Below, in pieces: positions 25,250 through 34,793 of a stretch of 64,000 nt of DNA (positions within the stretch are counted from its first letter, which is position 1; the number at the start of each line of letters is the position of its first letter). The notes beneath the pieces are model-generated. The model did no database searches. It saw nothing but the letters and a program-made list of their open reading frames with translations, and was not told the origin of the DNA. A program made the position numbers and the translations under genes. This stretch comes from Perna viridis. Taxonomy: Eukaryota. Location of the stretch: the NCBI GenBank assembly GCA_037379345.1, contig CM074519.1:26996103-27060102 (forward strand), in the 5' to 3' direction.

Positions 25250-25830
25250 AGAAGCGTCGCGTGGTGGTAGGAGGGGTTGATGAGACGTGGGCTGCCGATC
25301 TCGTGGATATGAGCGCCTTCTCCTGCGATAACCGAGGCTTCAAATACCTCTTGAGTATCATCGAGGCGCCACGGTGCGAGATGCCTTCCTGCCCGTCTTC
25401 AAGGATCGCACGCCCCAGAAGCTATGGACCGATAAGGGGGCGGAATTCTATAATCGCGAGATGAATGATCTGCTCCGGAAGCACGACGTCGATCTCTACT
25501 CCACAGAGAATGACGAGAAATTACGCGTGGTGGAGCGCTGGAATCGTACCATGAAAGAAAAGATGTTCAAATACTTCTCGGCCAATTCCACGAGGGCCTA
25601 CCTTCCCGTCCTGGACGATCTCGTCCGCCAGTATAATACCACCAAGCATCGATCCATCAAGATGACACCTACCGCCACCAGCCAGAAAGAGCACGAGTCC
25701 AAGGTCTTCTGGAATCTCTACGGAGACATCCCACCCATGCAGCCTCAGCGATTCAACGTCGGCGAAGGAAATCTACGTCAAGTGGAGAGGCTACCCCAAA
25801 GAATTCAATTCCTGGATCAAGGAGTCTTGC
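25240..25830 (+). pseudogene. Retroviral-like (rve) integrase with C-terminal chromodomain remnant, with deletions and frameshifts
   Basis: DETWAADLVDM, LWTDKGAEF, VVERWNRTMKE (DDE triad) and YNTTKHRSIKMTP. A different frame at ~25771-25827 gives IYVKWRGYPKEFNSWIKES (chromodomain). Confidence 0.9.
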
Positions 25831-25893
25831 AGACTTGCAATGATCCCCAGCAGGCTTTCCGGTCTCGATCAAAGGAGACCAGAAAGTCTTGAT

Positions 25894-26334
25894 TTACGCA
25901 TGCTTCAGTTCGACGAAGAGCCTTAATGCGTCTAGATCCTCTTTCAAGCGGTCGTAAAGTGCTTTTGTGATGGGCTCGTTATCAGTCCGGGGGAGTGGGA
26001 GATTTAGCAGGTGATACTTTTGCATGTCTAGATCCGAATTCACCTTGCCGCTGTCTGACGTATCGACTTTGCCATCTTCTACGGCCATCAGCTTTTTGGT
26101 CAGGTCTTTGATCGATGCGTCATACTCCTTTTACATCTGCTTAATCTCCGAATCTAGCTCATCGATGTCTTTCATGCTGTCTTTCAATTGTTGGCTGACC
26201 CATCGCTTCGTCACGGCGTCCGAGCTGTCGCGGGGCAAACCGAGGCTAGTGATCCGATTATCGTTCATATCGAGACCCTGAAGCATCCGCCAGACGGGCA
26301 TGCCCTTTCTCGAGTGGGATCCAAACTTATCCAT
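25894..26334 (-). pseudogene. Fiber/spike-like protein with two neck-type repeats and a coiled coil; one in-frame premature stop
   Basis: ORFs 26131-26334 and 25894-26088 are in frame across TAA at 26133-26131. Repeats LDMNDNRITSLGLPRDSSDAVTKRWV and LDMQKYHLLNLPLPRTDNEPITKALY. Confidence 0.6.
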
Positions 26335-26338
26335 TTAT

Positions 26339-26637
26339 CTATAGTCGGAAGACGATCTCCTCAAGCGTCCGACCTTCCGATAAGAGCTTCAGGACGTGCA
26401 GGCAAAAGTGTCCGCAGACCACGTCACCGCGCCACTGGAGCTCATCGGTATTATATCGAATTTCCGGCCGCAGATAGTCGACCATCTATCCGGTGGAGGC
26501 AGGCCGTAAGGGTCGAAATAGACTTTGAATCATCCGCGCTTATGCCAGCATGTCCAGTGCGTGCCCTGACCATGACGATCGTCGTGATTCAGGATGCCGC
26601 ACTCGTAGGGATGGAGGTTGGGTGGTAGGGCATCGCG
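26339..26637 (-). pseudogene. Adenain-like (adenoviral-type) cysteine protease, N-terminally deleted, with stop and frameshift
   Basis: Manual translation: RDALPPNLHPYECGILNHDDRHGQGTHWTCWHKRG*FKVYFDPYGLPPP / MVDYLRPEIRYNTDELQWRGDVVCGHFCLHVLKLLSEGRTLEEIVFRL*. His, Asp, Gln and Cys catalytic motifs are present. Confidence 0.88.
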
Positions 26638-29600
26638 TAGATCTGATGGAGATGGCTGCGAAGGATGCTCATCGGTCGGTGGATCTCCTGCTGAGTCTCA
26701 AGGCATCGCTTGTAATCCTCGAAGGCGATGCTACGCTTGTTGACGCTCTTGGTGACTCCCTTCGCCTTCTTGGTGGTCTGACCGTCATCCATCTTGAATG
26801 CGTATAGCTTCGCCTGGAGCCCCACGAATTCGGTCATGATCTTACCGCCGCATTCGTCCTTGAACATCCCGATGACCTTCTTATTCACGCCGGTGGGGAT
26901 GTCGGAGGGATGCTCAGCCGGGTAGTTGGACGTATCGAATTTTTCCTGCACGTGCGGTGCGATATCCTTGTAGAAGTCGGCGGTCTGGATCTCATAGGCC
27001 ACGCTATCGGTGTCAGTGAAAAGTAGTCGGGCACGATCACCGTACATCTCCTTCACGAATCCGTAGTGGAAGTCGTACGCTCCCAGGTAGACGGGCTTAT
27101 CGACTTCGGCTTGGTCTTCTTCATATGAACGGCTGCTGGATTCTCGGTGAAGACGACGCAACGATCGAAGTTGGGCTTGGCCACTAGCTTCAGGGCCTGC
27201 TTCTCGGTGGTGACCAGCCTGACGTCGACGCGCTTCAGGATATTCTCCATGGTCTTGCCGAAGACCGAATTATTCATGAGCTTGAAGAAGTCCTTCTCGG
27301 AGTCGGTCTTGGCCCGGGCGCGAAGAGTGGTATTCAGATCGATGTATTTCTTGAACCATGGAGATTGGCTGAATCCGATGATGCGATGGACTTTGGTGAG
27401 CTTCATCCCCCTCTCCAGATATATCTTGAGATTTCGATAGTGTGGGCGTCGTGAAGATCTTGAGGATATTCCAGATCGCATTCCACCATGGCGCCGTACT
27501 CGTGGTCGTCGGGATATTCCAGGATCTTCTCGATCTCCTCCGGCTCCATCCACCCGAAGTCCCCCGTGGGAAGGGACTGCGCCATCGCCCACCCGTAGAG
27601 ATTGTTGGCGTCGAGGTAGGTCAGATACTTGGTGGGCTGGGAGGCGTCGTGCGTGGTCATGTAGGGGTTGTTGGCCTTGCCGTAGCGGTGGGAGATCATG
27701 GCGACACCCCCTCTGGTTCCCCTCTCGAACATCATCAACATGTCCGGATCGGAGAGCAGCTCCAATCTCACCTCCGTGGTTTTGAGGGCGGCGTCTTAGG
27801 ATAGCCCGGGGGATGTGAAGTAGTGGGCGGGATCGAATCCGTAGTGGGTCAAGCAGATATCCCTGAAATCCTAAAAGATGTCGGTCAGCAGCAGCACGTC
27901 AGTCTCGAGATAGAGGTTATGATAATCGCGTATGTTTTTGCACCCGAAGGTCTCCCAGACCCTCTGAGCGTGTGCGTAATCCTCATCACTGATATGCTCT
28001 CCGGAGAGCGTACTGAAAAAAGCTTCTTTGGTTGGGAGCTGAGTCTCTTCCAGCTTGGCCGGTCCATCCATATAATCGTAGGGAAATATCCCCTTCCGAA
28101 TCATTAGCTCGTGGCGATCGCCGAATCTCGCCTTCACGCTCGCGAATTGGTCGGGGGTGAGATTCTTAGCTAAGGTATCCAGGCTGTTGAGCATAAACCT
28201 GCACGAATCGACGAATCTCATCTCCAGATCGTCCACCTGCTTGGAGAAGCTGATATACTTCTCGTCGGTATTAGGGATGCAGTTTATCTTATCCTCGGTG
28301 TGGCCAAGCTCCTTGACGAAGATATGGGCGTCGTATCCGCTCAAATTGTGGAAGAAGATGGGGACGTGCTTCGGAAGCTGGAAATCCAGATTGCACTGGT
28401 TGTGCGCTGCGCCGCGATATTTCCCGGTGAGATGGTCGTGATCCCGGACCTTATTCCCTCTCAATGCATCGCCACAGATGTGGCAGTGCGTGCTTGCTTC
28501 GAAGCTCGCCTTATCGTCGTCGGTCATCTCCATGGGCTTATTCTCCTTGTATAGTTTGGAGATAGCGCACACTTCTTTACCCTTTCCACAAATTTCTTGG
28601 CCGCATCCTCCCCGCAGTAGACGACTGGATCTTTGTAGTCGCCGTGAGCGTATTTCACGTAAAAGCAGAAACCCGAGGATCGCTGCAGTTGATAGGCCTT
28701 CGTGTAGGAGTGTGATGGATCCGGCTGACAGGTGTTGAGCTTCTCCGTGAAGCACTCGAAATCCGCGTATATCGCGAAGGGGACTCTCACCATCTTCTTG
28801 AGATTATGGAAGGTTATGGTGGCTCCTTCTTCCGGCATCTCGATCCTGACCGCCTCTTTCTGGGTGCAATACTCCATGTGCTCGTCCAGGATGTCCTGCC
28901 TGGAAAAGTGGGAGAGGCATCTGCGGCAGAAGAAGAGCTCGTGACCATGCTCTGAGATTTGGGAGCTCAAGAGTCGTGAGAGGCTATTGATCCAGCAGTA
29001 ATGCTGCTTATCTTCGCTAGTCAGGAAGAGAAGATCTACGTGGGTGGGACCCGTATTCTTGGATATCTTGAGTGGGTAAACCTGGAGATCCTCTTCACCA
29101 TCCCCACCCTTCTTCACCCCATAAAACCCATAGACGTTGACGTTGATGGTGGGATTCTGCCTCTCGAATTTATCAATCGCCTTGAGCGAGACCGGAAGTT
29201 GATGCCTTCGAAATTCAGCTCATCCTCCCATTTCTTGTACTGAGATACGCGGTATGCGTGATTGCCATCTACTTCCTCATGATGTAGGGCTGCCAGCAAA
29301 GCCAACTGGAAGCAGCGATCATCCTCATTTTTCACGTTGACGATCGCCTTCTTTTTCGCGAGTGCTGATGGAGTCGGAATGAAGGAACCCCACTTGAGCG
29401 GCTTGAATTGGTTGAGGTGGATTTCTAGCCACCCGATGCGTCCGAACGTCCACCCACTCCCATCGCGCATGTACTTTGTCATACTTTCCTTGATCTTCCC
29501 CATCATGAAGTCGATTTCCAATTCGAGGTCGGATGACTGTGTGAGGGTAGTGAGGGCTGATCGAAAGTAGGGGGTGATGTAGGTATTTTCCCCAGTCGCG

Positions 29601-29761
29601 GGGTTGCTCTTGCAGAACTGCCCGTTCTTCCTCTTGAGTTCGTGGTCGCAGGTGGTCTTCTGCTGCCCTGGTTGATGCTCAAATTGCAGCCTCATCGGTT
29701 GCGCACCGCAATTTTGACACTGCTGGGTATGCTCATCCACCTGCGGTGAGGTTGGGGGCAT
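26638..29761 (-). pseudogene. Protein-primed DNA polymerase B (pPolB) with N-terminal TP/OTU-like region, C2HC-type finger and endonuclease VII insert; many frameshifts and stops
   Basis: GSGW; KNEDDRCF; QHYCWI; CRRC...EHMEYC; ExoI YADFE; CHIC...RDHDHLTGKYRGAAHNQCN; ExoII FHNLSGYD; ExoIII YLETDV; Pol motifs LDANNLYG, KLMNNSVFGK, FTDTDS, KLY, KAKGV. Confidence 0.93.
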
Positions 29762-29944
29762 TGCAGCACTGCTGCTGCTTTTGGGGGGGATGGGGTGCTA
29801 CCCTCCAAATCTTCTTCATTCTCCAGAAAGAAATCCATCATATTTCTTTCGGATGTCATATCTTTATTGGTATCAATCTGTGACATCCTTCCCTTTAAAG
29901 TGTCCTTATCCACATCCCCACTATCTTCTGGGACGATCTGACTC

Positions 29945-30088
29945 TGTACGAAAGTCATAATTCTCGTATTTACCCTATGCTCAATAGGAATGCCGTCCGT
30001 TTGCATCCGGCCGTCGGGGTTGGGGGTCCTATGCAGGATTTCCCCTTGAAAATTGGGGGTGGTGTAGAATCGGCCTTTTGAAACTACT
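29945..30088 (-). repeat. Right terminal inverted repeat (144 bp)
   Basis: Ends in AAACTACT, followed by the TSD ACCATA. Confidence 0.95.
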
Positions 30089-33000
30089 ACCATAAATTTG
30101 TTCTATCAGTCTCTTTATAAAAGACAATGATTGTAATCTTTCGTCGGCGTTTTGGGTTCGAGAGCTCCATTAGAATCCATACAAACTACGATTCATAGTT
30201 GGTTCTGTAAATTGTACCACCAAACCTCTTTCGGAACTAACCTCCATTTTTATAGCTGTTAAAGAGGATTATTAGTCTGAGCACGACACTTGTACCTATC
30301 AAAGTGGTAATGATTCAAGGTGGAACCAGAAACATTCGACAGTAAATATATTAGATTTTTTTTTATCGACAAGATATTTTTTCCGTTGCAGTGAAAGTTT
30401 TTTTCAAAAGAGTGTCGGTTTTGTAATGAGTACACATAATGTTTCGCTACTCATTTTTTTTCAAGTTTATGTAGTTGACTTAATAGCTAATTTTATCCAA
30501 AATAAAAAGGACTTCGTTCAGCCAGATCCTTTGATCTCAGTTTCAGCTATTGCGACGGTTTGAGTAAAAACAATTCTAGATTCAAGGATTTTATAAAACA
30601 CACCCCTTTACCTTGGAGAAAATGATACTAGACACTATATGGTCAGCCTCACGCATTGACATACTCTTAGAGTTCGATGGAAAGCTAAAACTCATGACTT
30701 GCATGTAACTATACGACAAATGCGATGAATTATCAGGACGTAAACTCTCCTTTCATCTGTGGCATCATCTATGTATAGAGTTTTTATATCACAACTAAAA
30801 CATTATGCCAGAGCTTGCCGGAAATACACAGACCTTTTACAATTGGCTTCCAAAACAAGGTTATTGTCATACAAGATTGAAGTAATAACTACAAAACTTT
30901 CGTGGTCGTCACCATGATATCGTGGATCGTTATTGTGTTTCCATCTCACCAAGAAACCAATTTTTTACACTGTCATAGTTTTCTTCTTTTGTCACCCAGG
31001 AAATCTTATTTTCAGTAACTCGGTGGGAGTTCTAGAAAAACGGGATGCTTACCCTACTGGTGCACCTCGTCTATGCGCCAAGTTTGTAGTGGTTATTTTT
31101 AGTAATTTCATGTGTTCTTTGTTCCCTGTATTTATTGTCTAATCGTTATCCCTGACCTTTTTTCCTTTTTATTACCGTCCGCATCGTTGTTCCTTTATTT
31201 CACTTTAAATGGCCCCATCGTTTTTCCAAGCTATGGAAGTGTTGTCTTGTCAAGTATGAAAGTGAGAGGAATAACCGCCAGGCAGTACACAAAATGTACG
31301 ATGTGGTGCGAGGAATAAACGCCAAACAGTACGCAAAATTGCAGTGTAAAGTCTTGAAAAACGAAACAGGAAACCTAATCTAGAACAGAAAATGTTAAGC
31401 GTGTGCAATAGTGTTTTAGTGTTTTGAATTTTGTGTAATTGCAAATTTCGCTTCATGGTTTATATCATAATTCTACTGAAAAAAAAACAAACGCACGGTC
31501 CTCCACTCCACAATCATTGTTATCGATCGATTAATACATTATAGAAGTCATAAAAATATTACAAATGTTGTTATAATTAACATGCATTTAAAGCGGTATT
31601 CTCTCATCAGCAAAACGAGGACCAAATACATAGCTTATCGTAACCCAAAAACAAAAATAATCAAATGCATACAAAAACATTCTTAAAATCAAAATTGTCG
31701 AAAATAGAAGTCATAGCAATAACAAATAATTAAGATCATGTGCAATGCAAGAAATGAAGCCTAAATGTTTAATTTGTTTTGATATTGCAAATTTCGGTCA
31801 ATAATCTGTACTTTGATTTAAGTCTGACTAATATGTTGGTACATATCCTCGATCTATGGCTGTGGCATCGGCCAAATTGTTTATAACAATATATTTATGA
31901 ACAATGCTAATTTTATTATGGGGTTATATTTCACACATGCATCAAGGATTAACGATTTCATCAGCAGTATTAGAACAAAACGCATTACACTCGAAATCAA
32001 GAAATGAGCTGTATACAAGGAAGTGAGTGAAAACAAAATCATAATCCAAAGTTGGTGTTCAACATGTGCAGTCCTCGTGAGCGCAATTTCCTTTAAACCA
32101 ACTAATTACTTGATACAATGTTTAAGCTAGATTAGGAATTATATACAGATGTGCATAAGTAAGACAATGTCAATGAGGTTTAAATACCAGCCCATGTAAA
32201 ATTCAGACACTGGCTAATGTAGAAGTGATTCATGGTGTAGAAAACCCCACCGAACAAATGATTTTTTTGATCTTCATATGCTATACTTTCAAGTAAAAAT
32301 AGTCCTTTCTGTATTCAGATCTGTACTTTAGAGAAAACCATACATTGATCTCCAAATCAAAGCAACCAAATGAAATCGAATCAAGAATGATAACTCTTAC
32401 AAAGTGCCAATTACATAAACAATCTCTATATATATTTTATCTCAAAAGTGCAAGAACCAAATGATAAACTAAGACAAGATTTGCGGTCTGTAATCTTTAC
32501 GGAGTGATAAATAAAAGTAAAAATGGTGGGTTTTTGACATGTATGAATCAACCCTGTCTGATTATTATAAAGACTGGTACTTAAATAATTAATGTTAACT
32601 GAAACCAAAGGGGAAGGATTGGTTCAGTGAACCCTATTCTCAATATATCTACTTTAACGCTAGGTGTTTATTTTTATATATAAAACGAAAACATCCTATT
32701 TTCACGTATGGCTCGTTGTGTATAGTATGTAGTTCTGGTTCTCTGATAGAAACAACCAACATGATGTCCATCAGTAGATAACGAAAGATTATATCCAAAA
32801 GGAATGAAACAGCCTTTTTACTCGTAATAGAGATCTAGAGACTAATAGGGAAATCTTCTGCAAACACGAAATGTTAGACAGACGAACTGTAAATTAAATT
32901 AAACGCCAAAGAAAAACAATATCAAAGGAAATCGTCATTTCAGAAATTAACAGATTTAAAAAAAGCGTCAGTATTATTTAACTTTTATTTAACTTCCTAA

Positions 33001-34379
33001 TTACGCATATGTAATTATTAAATGTGGTTGAGGTATATATTGTATTTTCCAATGATGTTTCAGTAAAAGGTGGTCAATGGTATTATCCACATCTTTTTTC
33101 GTCGCAGGAAAATATCCCATCAATCAAACAAGCTTCGCCCACATGGGAACATGAAGTTGACCAAGTTATCCTAAATGGACAATGTTCCTTCGAGTGGTTA
33201 GACCAATCAAAAAGCTTGTTTTATACTCAATTAAATTATTACTAAAGTTTATTCAAATTTTTACAATTGTCTGTAAAGGAGTTGTAAACTGTTGTGTTAC
33301 CATTTTAGGATCTTTCATATTCATGATTTTTTACACAAAAGCACAATTAATTTATTAAAAAAGAAATGATATTTTTTTGTGTGTTTTGCTATGTGCACAT
33401 ACACTTCATGCAATTGAAAAAGAACAGATATGGTATAATGCAACAAATGCAAACCACCATTACAACCAGCGGTAAATTTAATATCTTCAGTTGTCACAAT
33501 AAGACCTTCATCATGAGGATAAATAACCTCATCTAGTAGTGTGCTCTAAAATTTTTAGCAATGTAATTTCTATACATTGATAAAAAATGAAACAGACAAT
33601 TAGAGACAATGACTGAACAAAAAATAAAAAAAAACTTTATTATACAGGACATTATGTATAAAATTCTAGATATTTCACAAGCACAATTGTAAATGGTTTT
33701 TCTTTTTAAAAAAATCATGACACCCCCACCCCCCCTTCATCAATTAGTCAAAAAATACATAACCCTCCCTCTTTCAAGAACTGATATTTAAATAAGCAAG
33801 TTTAAAGTTAAAGCTAAGGTATATTTCTACAGAAACAAATATTTACGAAAATGACAGCTAATGCAGCTTTAAATAGAGTCTACTAGGATTCTTTCTAACT
33901 TTTTTATCAGGGGTGACCATCCGTAATGGAACAGGTGAGTTAAGCGCGTTATAATACCTTGAATTACTCACCTTCCCATTTTTTTTCCAATTTGGCCCCT
34001 TGTTCTAAAACGTTACGGGCAACAAAATCCAAATTAAATACGAACCTTCCTTTTGGTTAGTAAAATCATATCAAAATTCCATAACTTAATTGGTCAACTA
34101 CAACTAATTAAAAGTTATCGCACGAAAACCAAGTGTCCACAGACGATGAAGACGGCGAAGACGACTGTTCTGTAACATTACACGTGCGGTCGTATAAAAA
34201 CTGCAAAAAATAATCAATCACCAATTCTCGATACAATTATTACATGTATTTTAAAAGAATTTTCAATCATATTTCGATAGTAGGATACGATCGTTCATTA
34301 ACTCATTCAATTGTGCCATTCGCACGTGTTCTGTCTGGATGAGATAAGGAAATCACGCACAGCTAAAAATAAGAGTTTT

Positions 34380-34610
34380 CTTGTCTATTTATTGAGAAAG
34401 AGGCATTCCAGTCAAGATGGAATACATGTATCTGGGAAAGAAAGGTTAAAGAGGGCTTCTGATCAAAAGGGAGCCTGGAGTTCAGGGTACTATACATGTT
34501 GGTACCACTAAGCGAAAAGAAAGTCTTCTGGCAAAGATGGGATATCTTGGATAAAAGGATTGGACCTGGTGTAAGGGGTATGCTTGGTATTGTAAAGGGA
34601 TATTAACACA
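34380..34610 (+). pseudogene. Possible highly decayed collagen exon of a further collectin paralog
   Basis: GATCAAAAGGGAGCCTGGAGTTCAGGGTA resembles GGTCAAAAGGGAGAACCAGGAGTTCAGGGTA (14711 onward). Purine-rich GGN periodicity, partly lost. Confidence 0.35.
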
Positions 34611-34758
34611 TGACATTCGCAGAATTTCTATTGGGTTGTGTATCATCATAAATACCAATGTGAAGACGGAGGTAACAAAAAAGAGTAAAAGAGTAAAGCA
34701 CCGTGCACACAGGCGTGTGACAATATCTATGACAAGATTCAATATTTAAATAGCAGTT

Positions 34759-34792
<34 letters not shown>

Positions 34793-34793
34793 T

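Larger units (their letters stand above)
22502..30088. mobile_element. Endogenous Polinton/Maverick (adintovirus-like) element, internally deleted, 7,587 bp
   Basis: AGTAGT...ACTACT termini; TIRs 22502-22628 / 29945-30088; 6-bp TSD ACCATA (22496-22501, 30089-30094); abrupt GC-rich, intronless block with pPolB, integrase, capsid and protease remnants. Confidence 0.96.
22400..31150 (+). mobile_element. Degenerate Penelope-like retroelement (family A-related) interrupted by the Polinton
   Basis: Left flank reads ...YSKDEIVDNH. Right flank continues KFVLS...NPYKLRFIVGSVNCTTKPLSEL...AVKE, then LYDKCD, ISQLKHYARACRKY, GRHHDIVDRY and a family A-like tail. Confidence 0.7.

Noticed and set aside
23983-29570. 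Numerous plus-strand ORFs inside the Polinton (e.g. 24716-25270, 27442-27804, 26188-26628)
   Set aside because: Antisense shadows of GC-rich minus-strand genes with no recognisable motifs. Only the integrase is accepted on the plus strand.
22502-30088. Bacterial or phage contamination suggested by the GC-rich intronless block
   Set aside because: TIRs, a perfect TSD and a host retroelement ORF that rejoins across the insertion indicate genuine integration. Gene content is of the eukaryotic Polinton type.
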